DNA of 64,000 nucleotides, taken from an uncultured virus (IMG/VR IMGVR_UViG_3300042691_032560). Lineage: Duplodnaviria; Heunggongvirae; Uroviricota; Caudoviricetes. A program made the translations under genes and the position numbers. The stretch is taken from IMG/VR virus record IMGVR_UViG_3300042691_032560; one strand, written 5' to 3'. Below the pieces are notes generated by a model. That model made no database searches. It was not told the DNA's origin and saw nothing but the letters and a program-made list of their open reading frames with translations. Shown piece by piece: positions 18,593-28,030 of the stretch. How positions within the stretch are numbered: position 1 is the stretch's first letter; each line of letters starts with the position of its first letter.

Positions 18593-21025
18593 TTATGATG
18601 AACAACCAAAACATTCAAACTCAGAATTAGCTGGTTTTGGTGGTAAATTCATGTTACTATAATCAACTTTTGGTGGTTCAGGTGTAACATTTGGTTTTGA
18701 CATTTTTGATATGTCAACCGCCAAGTGTTTTGCCCCTGTTGAAATTGCCTTTGTTCTAACATAATAACAAAGTGTTTTTAGCCCCTTTTCCCAACCATAG
18801 AAGTGTGATGATGAAATCTTAGATAGAGTTGGGTTACCCATATAGATATTCATCGACTGTGATTGGTCAATAAACGGAGCTCTGTCGGCCGCCATTTCAA
18901 TCAATTCCTTCTGTGAGATTTCCCAAATTGTTTTATACTTTGGAATAAGGTGCTCAATTCTTTTAACTTTCTTATTGTACTGTTTGTCCTCAGGGTCAAG
19001 GTAGTTATTGAAATTAATCCCCTGAACTGAACCTTCATTAAGAATAATTTCATTCTTCAGGTCTTCTCCCCAAATACCGAGCTTCTCAAAATCATTAATC
19101 AAGTATTTGTTAACAATCATAATTTCACCACCAACAACACGTCTGTTAAAGATTGCCGAGTGAGCGGGTTCTGTCATCTCATATGAGCCTGTAATTTTAG
19201 CAGATGACGCAACAGGCATTTGAGCGGTGAATAAAGAATTGCAAACACCATAATCTTTAACTTCTTCTTTAAGTAATTTCCAATCCCATCTTCCTGATAA
19301 ATCACCTTCATTGAGTCCCCACATATCAAATTGGAACACTCCTTCTGACATCGGTGAGCCGTTAAAGAAATCATATGGTTTATATTCTTCTGACTTACAT
19401 AAACGACAACTTTCAGTAATTGCCGCAAAATAAATTGTTTCAAATATTTCTTTATTTAGTTTCTTCGCTTCATCAGATGTAAAGATATAATCCATCAAAT
19501 AGAATACATCAGCAAGACCCTGTGTTCCAATGGCAATTGCTCTTTGTTCACGACCACCCTTGTTTCCCTTTTCAGTTGAGTAGTTGTTAATATCCACAAC
19601 TTTGTTAAGAGCCCTTACAACTTTACGAGTTTCCTCGTACAACAACTGATGGTCAAATGTTCCTTCTTTAATGAAGTTCTTTAATACCATTGATGATAGT
19701 GTACAAATCGCAGTTGTGTTTTCATCTGTGTATTGATAAATTTCATTACAAAGATTTGACTGTTTGATTACACCGATGTTTTGGTGGTTTGTCTTTTTGT
19801 TTGCGTTATCCTTTGAGCAGAGATATGGTACACCAGTTTCAATCTGTGACTCAATAATCTTTGACCAAATTTCTTGGGCTTTAACTTTTTTACCAAGACC
19901 TAATTCAACTGCTTTGTTATAGTTTTCTTCATATTCATCACCATAACATTCTTGGAGGGGTTTAACACCCGCTTTCTTAATATCGTTAGGACAGAACAAA
20001 TACCAATCACCATTGTTCTTAACAGCTTTCATAAAGTTATCAGGAATCCAAAGTGCGGTAAACAAATCACGTGCTCTCAATTCTTCAGCTCCCGTATTCT
20101 TTTTAATATCTAAAAGGTCAAAAATATCTTTATGCCAAGGTTCCAAATAAATTGCTGCGGAACCAGGTCTACGTCCTTGTTGGTTAAAGAAACGAAGTGA
20201 TTCATTAACAATTTTTAAATACTTTAAAAGTCCTCCCGCAAATCCACCTGATGATGAAATTCTACTTTCTTTGCTTCGGATATTTGACATAGATAAACCA
20301 ATACCCGCAGCGTCTGATGAATATGTTGAAATATCTTTCATCGTGTTCAAAAGACCTTCTCTAGAGTCCGCATCATTATAGTGAAGAACACAAGAGGCGA
20401 GTTGTGGAATTTTTGTACCGGCATTAATCATAATTGGTGTTGCCGGTGAAATAAGCTGACTTGATAGTGACTTATAGTATTCGACCGCTTGTTCAAATGA
20501 TTTAGTTACCCATATTGCAACACGCATATACATATGTTGTGGACGCTCGATTGTCTTACCACTTGGTAGTTTCAAAAGATACATCTCTTGTAATGACCTC
20601 CAAGCAAAGTAATCAAAATTATAGTCATTGTCGTGATTGATAACCTCATCAATATTTGACGGACCGTAACTGCTAATCATATTGATAAACTCATCATTAA
20701 CAATTCTTTCTTTGTAAAGTTCCATCATAGTGTTTGAGAAACTTGGGTTTGTTTCTTTGTGATAAGATGAAATTGCAACAGACGATGCGAGTCTAGAATA
20801 ATCGTGGTGACTACCAGTATAAGCGGCGGCTATTTCATAAATTAATTTATCCAAATCTTTGGTCATAATCTCACCTTCGGTTGGTACCGAAGTGATTACT
20901 TTAATAAAGATTTCGTCCGAATTTACGTTCAAACCTTTTGCCGCTCTTTTAATTCGGTTATATATTTTCTGTGGGTTAAAGGACGAGTCCTCCCCACTTC
21001 TTTTTTTAATTTTTAAAGACATCAT
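18593..21025 (-). CDS. nrdA: Ribonucleoside-diphosphate reductase class Ia, large subunit with ATP cone
   Basis: N-terminal IKKRSG ATP cone, ERPQHMYMRVA, QLASC, SNLCNEI (thiyl Cys), AQMPVASSA, GLKTLCYY, C-terminal CFGC. Confidence 0.97.
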   Translation of the reverse strand: MMSLKIKKRSGEDSSFNPQKIYNRIKRAAKGLNVNSDEIFIKVITSVPTEGEIMTKDLDKLIYEIAAAYTGSHHDYSRLASSVAISSYHKETNPSFSNTMMELYKERIVNDEFINMISSYGPSNIDEVINHDNDYNFDYFAWRSLQEMYLLKLPSGKTIERPQHMYMRVAIWVTKSFEQAVEYYKSLSSQLISPATPIMINAGTKIPQLASCVLHYNDADSREGLLNTMKDISTYSSDAAGIGLSMSNIRSKESRISSSGGFAGGLLKYLKIVNESLRFFNQQGRRPGSAAIYLEPWHKDIFDLLDIKKNTGAEELRARDLFTALWIPDNFMKAVKNNGDWYLFCPNDIKKAGVKPLQECYGDEYEENYNKAVELGLGKKVKAQEIWSKIIESQIETGVPYLCSKDNANKKTNHQNIGVIKQSNLCNEIYQYTDENTTAICTLSSMVLKNFIKEGTFDHQLLYEETRKVVRALNKVVDINNYSTEKGNKGGREQRAIAIGTQGLADVFYLMDYIFTSDEAKKLNKEIFETIYFAAITESCRLCKSEEYKPYDFFNGSPMSEGVFQFDMWGLNEGDLSGRWDWKLLKEEVKDYGVCNSLFTAQMPVASSAKITGSYEMTEPAHSAIFNRRVVGGEIMIVNKYLINDFEKLGIWGEDLKNEIILNEGSVQGINFNNYLDPEDKQYNKKVKRIEHLIPKYKTIWEISQKELIEMAADRAPFIDQSQSMNIYMGNPTLSKISSSHFYGWEKGLKTLCYYVRTKAISTGAKHLAVDISKMSKPNVTPEPPKVDYSNMNLPPKPANSEFECFGCSS

Positions 21026-21044
21026 AGTTTTAAAAGATAATCAA

Positions 21045-21992
21045 TTAAAAGTCGTCCGTAAAGGACAATGTTTCGTTCAACTTTGCTTTTTGGTACTCAA
21101 CAGTTCTTGATTCAAAGAAGTTACCTTTTGTTTCAACTGCGATTTGTTCCATAAATTTAAATGGTTGTTCAACATTAAATTGTTTCTTACATCCCATTTT
21201 AACAAGTAGACCATCAACAACAAACTCAAGATATTGTTTCATAAGATTTGAGTTCATTCCGATAAGTGAAACTGGAAGTGATTCGGTAATAAATTCTTTT
21301 TCAATCTCAAGAGCTGACAACAAAATCTCTTTAATTCTCTTTTCACTTGGTTTGTTTTCACAGTGATTATTCAAGAGGTGAATTGCAAAGTCACAGTGAA
21401 GATTTTCATCTTTAAAGATGAGCGAATTTGCATTACATAAACCTTGCATAAGTCCTCTTGATTTCAACCAAAATATTGAACAGAATGAACCTGAAAAGAA
21501 AATTCCTTCTACGGCCGCAAAAGCCACAAGTCTTTCTTGGAATGATGCGTTTGTAATCCAATCAAGAGCCCATTTTGCTTTCTTTTGAACCGCTGGAAGT
21601 CTGTCAATCGCATGAAAACATTCATCTTTTTCTTTTGGATTTGACACATATGTATCAATCAAGAGTGAGTACATTAGACTGTGAATGTTTTCCATTGCAA
21701 GTTGAAATCCGTAAAAGAATTTTGCTTCAGGGTATTGTACTTCTCTATAGAAATTCTCCGCCAAGTTTTCATTTACAATACCATCGGATGCTGCAAAGAA
21801 TGACAGTACATTTTTAACAAAGTATTGTTCATTTTCTGAAAGGTTTTCCCAATCACGAATATCACCTGATAAATCAACCTCTTCAGCCGTCCAAAACGCG
21901 GCTTGGTGCATTTTATAATATTCCCATATATCGTTATGTTCGATAGGAAATATTACAAACCTATTAGGATTCTCTACTAAAATCTTTTCCAT
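21045..21992 (-). CDS. nrdB: Ribonucleoside-diphosphate reductase class Ia, small subunit
   Basis: [30 protein letters not shown] (radical Tyr), [19 protein letters not shown]. Confidence 0.97.
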   Translation of the reverse strand: MEKILVENPNRFVIFPIEHNDIWEYYKMHQAAFWTAEEVDLSGDIRDWENLSENEQYFVKNVLSFFAASDGIVNENLAENFYREVQYPEAKFFYGFQLAMENIHSLMYSLLIDTYVSNPKEKDECFHAIDRLPAVQKKAKWALDWITNASFQERLVAFAAVEGIFFSGSFCSIFWLKSRGLMQGLCNANSLIFKDENLHCDFAIHLLNNHCENKPSEKRIKEILLSALEIEKEFITESLPVSLIGMNSNLMKQYLEFVVDGLLVKMGCKKQFNVEQPFKFMEQIAVETKGNFFESRTVEYQKAKLNETLSFTDDF

Positions 21993-21997
21993 ATTAA

Positions 21998-23380
21998 TTA
22001 ATTATTTTGTTGTTCTCTTTGTTTTCTTCTTTCGAGTAAATCTTTTACTCGTTGTCTTTGTTGTTCTTCTTTCTGTTCTTCAAGTCCTAAGAACGTTACC
22101 GAACTTTCGGTATCGATTTCTAACATACCGTTATCGAACTTACAATTTTCAAACACAATACCATCGTCACCAATTCTTGATTTGGTTATTGCAATTGTGG
22201 CCAGTTTCATCTCTTTTTGTTGTAATGTTTTCGCAACAGATATAATAACGTGACCAACTTGAGCCTTCTTAATTGACCCACCCATTTGGTCTGTTGTTAC
22301 GACCTCTGATGAAATCGAACTTCTGTTACCCTGTGTTGCCGTCCACCCAACCAGATTCAACTCGTGACACATTGCTTCGAAACCTCTCATAACCGAACCT
22401 TCACTCTTCCATTCATCACCCAAATTTTTATCAGGAACGATACAGTCAATATAGTCTAATACAACCATATCTAACTTAACTCCATCAGCAATCATCTTGC
22501 GAAGTTGATTTTTGATTTGAAGCATTGTTAAAGTATCTGATGGTAGTTTCTTTAAAATAAGACGGTTTTCCATCTTACTTTGTACCTCTCTAACCTTATC
22601 CATCACCTCATCTTTTTTAGTTGATAACTCATCGGGATGGACTTTTGTCCAAAGTGTGATGTGTTTACGTTGAATAATTTTTGGGTTATCCTCGAAGAAT
22701 ATTTGAAGTACATTGTATCCCAAATTAAATGAGTGATTTGCAATTTTGGTTAAGAATGTAGATTTACCTACTCCCGTGGGGGCTAAGATAACTCCTAATT
22801 CTCCTTTTGCCAAACCTCCTTTTAACAATCTGTCGATACCTGGTATTCCCATCGGAATTGGGTGACGATAGTCTTCGTTAAGTACATCATCCAAATTAGA
22901 GAATACATCGGCCATTCCATCTTCTCGTTCTCCAACTTGTAGAGCTTCTCTAACTAGTTCTTCTAGTTTGTCATAACTTTCAAACTCACCACCATCAATA
23001 ACTTTTTGAGCTTTAGTAATGGCTTTTTGTAGTTCTTGTTGTTTACAAAACTTGAGAGCCTTTTCTTGAATAAAACCACTGCCTTCAATTGGGGAGTCTT
23101 TGATTTTTGTGATAGTGTCCAACACAATTTTAGAGGCCAATTCTTGTTGTAGTTCAGACTTGGTTATTTGCTCTAATGTATCAAAAGTAGGTACGTGTTC
23201 GTATTTGGAATAGTACTCCTTAATCATTTGCAAGATGATTTTGAAGTACTTATTTTCAAAATATTGTTGTTCTATAACGTCAATTATGGACCTTCCGAAC
23301 TCTTTATCAATAATGATTTGATTCAATAATTGTATTTGAAAAGAAGACCCTAAATAATCGAAATTTTTGTTTGACGCCAT
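21998..23380 (-). CDS. Replicative DNA helicase (DnaB / T4 gp41-like)
   Basis: Walker [27 protein letters not shown] motif. Confidence 0.92.
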   Translation of the reverse strand: MASNKNFDYLGSSFQIQLLNQIIIDKEFGRSIIDVIEQQYFENKYFKIILQMIKEYYSKYEHVPTFDTLEQITKSELQQELASKIVLDTITKIKDSPIEGSGFIQEKALKFCKQQELQKAITKAQKVIDGGEFESYDKLEELVREALQVGEREDGMADVFSNLDDVLNEDYRHPIPMGIPGIDRLLKGGLAKGELGVILAPTGVGKSTFLTKIANHSFNLGYNVLQIFFEDNPKIIQRKHITLWTKVHPDELSTKKDEVMDKVREVQSKMENRLILKKLPSDTLTMLQIKNQLRKMIADGVKLDMVVLDYIDCIVPDKNLGDEWKSEGSVMRGFEAMCHELNLVGWTATQGNRSSISSEVVTTDQMGGSIKKAQVGHVIISVAKTLQQKEMKLATIAITKSRIGDDGIVFENCKFDNGMLEIDTESSVTFLGLEEQKEEQQRQRVKDLLERRKQREQQNN

Positions 23381-23409
23381 AGTAAATTTTTGTTCGTTTT
23401 TGATAAATA

Positions 23410-23862
23410 TTATCGCTTAGTACTAATTCCCGCGAATTCAAAAGTTAAATTTTTCGCTGAAAAAATGTCAGTAAGTGATGAAAGCAAACTTTTTATATGA
23501 GGGCGGATATCTACGGTGTATCTTATTTTAGGAGGGAAAATCTTAGCATCAATCTGACGATGACAAATTGTCATGTCCCCATGTTTAATAAAGATGTTAA
23601 AGTGTTCTGGTCCGTCGGTATATGACGTATCCAAAATAGATGGGTTACCCTGAATCTCATAAGAATTTTCAAGCATATAATCCACAGTTTTCATCTTCAA
23701 ACGATGCATGAGAGTATTTTTAAATTCTAAAATAAACTCATAAAGTTCGGATGAGTATTTTGCTTCGGGATTGTAATCACGAACATTAAAATACCTCTGA
23801 ACGATGATGTTATCGTTAACCATCATCAAAAACTCAAGTTTTGTTAAATCTTGCTCTTTCAT
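23410..23862 (-). CDS. Hypothetical protein, 150 aa
   Basis: ORF fills the gap between exonuclease and helicase in the replication operon. Confidence 0.65.
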   Translation of the reverse strand: MKEQDLTKLEFLMMVNDNIIVQRYFNVRDYNPEAKYSSELYEFILEFKNTLMHRLKMKTVDYMLENSYEIQGNPSILDTSYTDGPEHFNIFIKHGDMTICHRQIDAKIFPPKIRYTVDIRPHIKSLLSSLTDIFSAKNLTFEFAGISTKR

Positions 23863-23868
23863 AAAAAA

Positions 23869-24873
23869 TTACTTTTTGGTTTTAAATTGTTTTTTTTCTT
23901 TTCTTGTTAATTTCATAAACGGTTTTACAAAGTTTACCCAAGCCTCGTCATGTTTTGGGAGAAATTTGAAGAACCCATCCTCCATCATCATACGGATTAG
24001 GTTTCTATACCCTCTCCCCTCGGGGTCTAATGTTTCACTATAATATAATTTGACTATTTCCTTACCTTCCTCTGTGATTAACGGATTAGACAAATCCACG
24101 ATTTTGTTGTTAATCTCAAAAAATTCATTTCCATAGATACCTGATTTTGTTTTACCTGAAAGTAAGTTTTGTAATATTTTGTTTTTTTTGTCCTCAGTAA
24201 GTAATACCTCGGCTCTTGTTAAAATATCGTTAAAAGAAACCTCATGGTCAAGTATCTCAGGAAATAATTTGACTAAAGTTTTTTCACCCAAATAATAGAT
24301 ACCATCAATATTATCAGACTTATCACCTGACAATATTTTATATGTTTTTACATTATAGTGGGGTATCTCAACCTCGTGTAGTTTGATAAAATCACCTTTT
24401 TTATAGGTTAATCTTTTACTGGGTGAGTATATAGACACGTTTTGTGATATAAGCTGTGTTAGGTCTTTATCACTCGAGAAAATGGTTATAATCTCATCAT
24501 TTGCAATCTGACAATAATAAGCAATAAGGTCATCAGCCTCATTGTTGTTAATATCAACCTGACGAACAAACATCTCTTCAAGATATTGTTTTACTCTATG
24601 TTTTTGTTGGTAAAACGACTCCTCTTTAAAGTCATAACCAGGTTTTCTGTTCTCCTTGTATTGGGGGTATATTATTTTTCTTGTGAGAGAACTCCCTTCA
24701 CCATCCCAGAATACGACTACTTTATCAAAGTTTTCTTCTTCAATAAAACGTCGGGTAGTATTTAGAAAATGCCAAATACCCCCAACGTGTTTACCTTCGT
24801 GAAAGAAATCTTTCACACCATGAAATCCAATTTTTAATAAATTGTTTCCGTCAATTAATAATGTTTTGGTCAC
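23869..24873 (-). CDS. 5'-3' exonuclease / flap endonuclease (Pol I N-terminal / T4 RNase H family)
   Basis: LLIDGNNL, YKENR, EADDLIA, SSDKDLTQL, GDKSDNIDGI..LGEKT; GTG start. Confidence 0.93.
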   Translation of the reverse strand: MTKTLLIDGNNLLKIGFHGVKDFFHEGKHVGGIWHFLNTTRRFIEEENFDKVVVFWDGEGSSLTRKIIYPQYKENRKPGYDFKEESFYQQKHRVKQYLEEMFVRQVDINNNEADDLIAYYCQIANDEIITIFSSDKDLTQLISQNVSIYSPSKRLTYKKGDFIKLHEVEIPHYNVKTYKILSGDKSDNIDGIYYLGEKTLVKLFPEILDHEVSFNDILTRAEVLLTEDKKNKILQNLLSGKTKSGIYGNEFFEINNKIVDLSNPLITEEGKEIVKLYYSETLDPEGRGYRNLIRMMMEDGFFKFLPKHDEAWVNFVKPFMKLTRKEKKQFKTKK

Positions 24874-24884
24874 CTTTTATTTAA

Positions 24885-25895
24885 TTAAGGTTCGACTTCT
24901 TCTTTCAAATCAAAATCCAAATCAGATACACCCAAAATATCTTTCCAATATTCAGCGTGTTCTTTTTTGTAACTTTCGATAGATGCCTTTTCTTCTGCCG
25001 GTTCTTTACCAGCCATAAATCCGTGTGGTGTTACTATAATTTTACCATCCTCATAACCTAATCCATTGATATGATTTTTAAGTACAGATACTTTGGTACG
25101 AACTGCAAATTTAACAGTTCTCTTATCTTTTGTGGCGGTAATTTTTGTAGTACCAGCACCTTTTTGATTACCAAACAAAAATACCAAAGATGAGTTTAAC
25201 CAAATTGCTTCACCACCTTTTGCCTTAATTTTTGGTTGACCAAATGGATTATCAGGAAGTTCAACCCAAGGTTGATTAACAATTACAAGTGTGTTTTCAA
25301 ACTTTGAATCAGCTTTACGACTACCTGAAATTCTTTGGTTAATACCCATACCAATCTTGTCAGCAAGAACTGAAGCATTGTGTTGTTTACCACCTTTACC
25401 TTCAAAAGTCATCTTACAAGGAACTGAACCAACTGAGTCCCAAAGGAAAAGCAAACTATAATCCAATTCACCTTTTTCTTGGGCATCCAACAAGTTGTTG
25501 ATATACTCGGTAATTTGTTCGATGTAATCAAAATTATTGTTGAATAGATAAAAACCATCCCAATCAATCTCACCTGTTGATTCATCCACAACCTCCTCAC
25601 ATTGGAACCCCATAATACGAGCGTGTTCAAATGACCACTTTTGTTCGGTGATAATGAATACAGGTAGGATTCCTTTTTTCTGAGCATCGACCGCCGCCTT
25701 TACAAGTGCAGTGGTTTTACCCGTATCAGAGTGACCCAAGAACATATTGATGTGTCCAATCGCCGGCCCTGGTATTCCAACCGCATCCAAAAATTCTGTA
25801 CCCAAGTCAAAATATCTTTGAGGTTTATATTTTGCCGAAGTAGAGAACTTAGATTTGATTGAATCTAAACCTAATTCTTTTTTCTTAATTGCCAT
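24885..25895 (-). CDS. uvsX: RecA/UvsX-like recombinase
   Basis: Walker A GHSDTGKTT, Walker B FLWDSVGS, VIVNQ, KGGEAI, VLKNH. Confidence 0.88.
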   Translation of the reverse strand: MAIKKKELGLDSIKSKFSTSAKYKPQRYFDLGTEFLDAVGIPGPAIGHINMFLGHSDTGKTTALVKAAVDAQKKGILPVFIITEQKWSFEHARIMGFQCEEVVDESTGEIDWDGFYLFNNNFDYIEQITEYINNLLDAQEKGELDYSLLFLWDSVGSVPCKMTFEGKGGKQHNASVLADKIGMGINQRISGSRKADSKFENTLVIVNQPWVELPDNPFGQPKIKAKGGEAIWLNSSLVFLFGNQKGAGTTKITATKDKRTVKFAVRTKVSVLKNHINGLGYEDGKIIVTPHGFMAGKEPAEEKASIESYKKEHAEYWKDILGVSDLDFDLKEEVEP

Positions 25896-25896
25896 A

Positions 25897-26121
25897 TTAA
25901 CTATATTTCTTGAATTGTTGTAAAGCGTCTAGCTTATCTTTTGCACTTGCCAATTGGTCAACAAATTTATCCATCTCTTCCAAATGTTGAGGATGTTCTC
26001 CGATACCAACAGGATTATTGAAATAGACCATTAATGTTGCTTCAGCTTCTGAAATTTGGGCGGAGTACTTGTTTGTCAACGCCTCATACAATTTTTGCGT
26101 AATTTTTTCTTGAGTTGTCAT
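25897..26121 (-). CDS. Small hypothetical protein, 74 aa
   Basis: Helical ORF with NPVGIGEHP core, fitting exactly between SSB and recombinase. Confidence 0.7.
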   Translation of the reverse strand: MTTQEKITQKLYEALTNKYSAQISEAEATLMVYFNNPVGIGEHPQHLEEMDKFVDQLASAKDKLDALQQFKKYS

Positions 26122-26135
26122 TTTTTTAAGGTATT

Positions 26136-26165
26136 AAAAACCACCCCATATTTCAGGGGTAGTTT
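26136..26165 (-). terminator. Probable intrinsic terminator after SSB
   Basis: Minus strand AAACTACCCC-TGAAATAT-GGGGTGGTTTTT. The stem closes with a G-U pair on this strand only. Confidence 0.65.
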
Positions 26166-26180
26166 GTTTAACATTTTTTA

Positions 26181-27032
26181 TTAGAAAGGAAGGTCGTCTG
26201 ATGGTTCATCGTCTGACTGTGGGTCAACGACTGATTTCTTACCACCCATAGATACCGTTTCCTCAATTTCACTTCCGTAGATATACTTACCAGCGTCAGA
26301 ATCCCAACGTGGAACTTCGCCACGAGCAATAGCTTCGAGATACTCGGCCGGCTTCTTAGAATATACATCACCCCAAGTCAATTCATCATTAACCCAAGTT
26401 TCTTTTGTCTCCTTATCCTCATGTAGAGGAGATGGGTCATCGTGCATAATTGTCTGAATGACAGTATAAGTAGCTCCTTTTGGGGTCTTAGCCTTTGTCA
26501 ATTCAAGAATGATATCTCTACCATTTTCAGGGTCAGTGATATCTCCTTTTTGACGGAAAATTGGGATGATTTTATCCAAGATACCTTCGTTCTTATAGTT
26601 ATGCTTGAAACGCCAAAACTTAACTCCGTCTTGTTCGTTGTCACGGTCAATAACCTTAACAATATAGAATTTACGTGGTTTGTACTGTTTTGCAAGTTCC
26701 TTATCAGACTCTTTTCCTGTTGACATAAGTTCTTCGTAAACTTCAGACAATGGAGAACGCTCGTTGTCATTTTTACCTGGGTCAAAAAACTTCTGCCATT
26801 TTCCATCAACTTGAACTTCGTGGAACCATACCTCTTTGAATGGTGAACTTCCGTCTTTTGTTGGGAGTATTCGTAGTCGTTTTTGACCTTGTTTCTCGTT
26901 ATCCTTGAGGATAGCCGCGAAATACTTTTTCATTCTTTCATCTTGAGACATTTTTGAGGCGTTAGATGAACCGCCTTGTTTTGAATTTTCGTACTGCGAA
27001 AGAATCGCATCTAAAGAATTGTTTGTCGCCAT
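26181..27032 (-). CDS. Single-stranded DNA-binding protein (T4 gp32-like)
   Basis: RLRILP..SPFKEVWFH, KFYIVKVIDR, DITDPENGRDIIL, acidic tail ending DDLPF. Confidence 0.85.
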   Translation of the reverse strand: MATNNSLDAILSQYENSKQGGSSNASKMSQDERMKKYFAAILKDNEKQGQKRLRILPTKDGSSPFKEVWFHEVQVDGKWQKFFDPGKNDNERSPLSEVYEELMSTGKESDKELAKQYKPRKFYIVKVIDRDNEQDGVKFWRFKHNYKNEGILDKIIPIFRQKGDITDPENGRDIILELTKAKTPKGATYTVIQTIMHDDPSPLHEDKETKETWVNDELTWGDVYSKKPAEYLEAIARGEVPRWDSDAGKYIYGSEIEETVSMGGKKSVVDPQSDDEPSDDLPF

Positions 27033-27059
27033 AATAATTAAATTTAAAATTGTTTATTA

Positions 27060-27088
27060 ATAATAAGTGTCAGCCTTTGTTTTGTCAA
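27060..27088 (-). promoter_or_regulatory. Sigma70-type promoter for the SSB-recombinase-exonuclease block
   Basis: Minus strand TTGACA (27088-27083), 17 nt, TATTAT (27065-27060), directly after a terminator. Confidence 0.7.
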
Positions 27089-27091
27089 ATT

Positions 27092-27116
27092 AAAAAGGGG
27101 TCAAATGACCCCTTTT
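27092..27116. terminator. Intrinsic terminator, possibly bidirectional
   Basis: AAAAAGGGGTC-AAAT-GACCCCTTTT just past the stop of the 27118-27774 gene. Confidence 0.8.
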
Positions 27117-27117
27117 A

Positions 27118-27774
27118 TTATCTTACCTCGGTGAAGTCTCCCGATTCCTCATCTCCAAAATCTCTAAAACTTTTTTTGATGTCTATAGGTGAATAACCTT
27201 CAACATCATCCTGAGTTAAAACATAATCATTCTTTCCCGTTTTTTCCATATCAATCTCTTTATCTTCAAAAAAATCACTAAGTTTCTGATTAAACGGTCC
27301 TGAATCTAAACTACGTAATTCAAGTTTTTCCTCCGGAGTTTTTGTTCTATATTTTTCAACTTTAGCCTCCAAATCATTCAATTTGGTAACTATAGAGTCC
27401 ATATTAGACAATTTACTTTCCAACTCTTCTAAATGTTTAAATAAGTTATCAAAGTATTCTTCTTGTTTTGTTTCAATATTTTTTTGTGACTTAACTAAGT
27501 CAGTTATTTCTAACTCTTCACCTTTAGATTCTTTTCCTTCCTCGTCCCCAATTTTTTCAACATCAGGGTCTGTTGCAACATCAACAGGTTGTGGTACCGC
27601 CGCTTCAGGGGCCGGAGCACCAGGAGGTGGTGGGACCGCGCCTGGGTCGGCGGGTGCTGGTGGTGGAACTGCTTCTTCTCCAGGAGGTGGAGGTGGAACG
27701 TCTTGTTCAGTTATATATCGATTGATATCGTTATATCTTTTTAATTCGTTTAATATTTTAGTATCTATTCCCAT
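27118..27774 (-). CDS. Acidic, Pro-rich coiled-coil protein (possible head core/scaffold-type protein)
   Basis: PPPPPGEEAVPPPAPADPGAVPPPPGAP linker, then heptad region LEELESKLSNMDSIVTKLNDLEAKV; N-terminal ILNE/ITE motifs. Function is inferred. Confidence 0.55.
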   Translation of the reverse strand: MGIDTKILNELKRYNDINRYITEQDVPPPPPGEEAVPPPAPADPGAVPPPPGAPAPEAAVPQPVDVATDPDVEKIGDEEGKESKGEELEITDLVKSQKNIETKQEEYFDNLFKHLEELESKLSNMDSIVTKLNDLEAKVEKYRTKTPEEKLELRSLDSGPFNQKLSDFFEDKEIDMEKTGKNDYVLTQDDVEGYSPIDIKKSFRDFGDEESGDFTEVR

Positions 27775-27777
27775 TTT

Positions 27778-28002
27778 TTAACCGTTTAAAAGTTGTTTAA
27801 CTCCATGTAAAGTTTCAACCTGAATTTTTTTATTGGTATTCATAGTGTTATCAACTCTCTCAATTAAACCATCTTTAATTCTAAGAGTATAACACTCACC
27901 CGTATCTAAATCACAAACTTCTTTATAACCGTTACCGTTATCTCTTTCTGTTATTCGAGTGTTCTTACCCAAATAACTATCTAATATCTCTTTAGTACCC
28001 AT
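27778..28002 (-). CDS. Small hypothetical protein, 74 aa
   Basis: ORF with EVCDLDTGECY, preceded by the TATTTAT motif. Confidence 0.65.
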   Translation of the reverse strand: MGTKEILDSYLGKNTRITERDNGNGYKEVCDLDTGECYTLRIKDGLIERVDNTMNTNKKIQVETLHGVKQLLNG

Positions 28003-28030
28003 AAGTTTTTATTTATAAATATCTTTTATT

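Noticed and set aside
26168..26809. Alternate-frame ORFs overlapping the SSB gene (similar ones overlap uvsX and nrdA)
   Set aside because: Almost entirely nested in well-supported genes and without recognisable protein features.
27383..27781. 132-aa plus-strand Gly/Ala-rich ORF
   Set aside because: Antisense shadow of the Pro-rich tract in the minus-strand gene; the local GC rise is explained by Pro/Ala codons.
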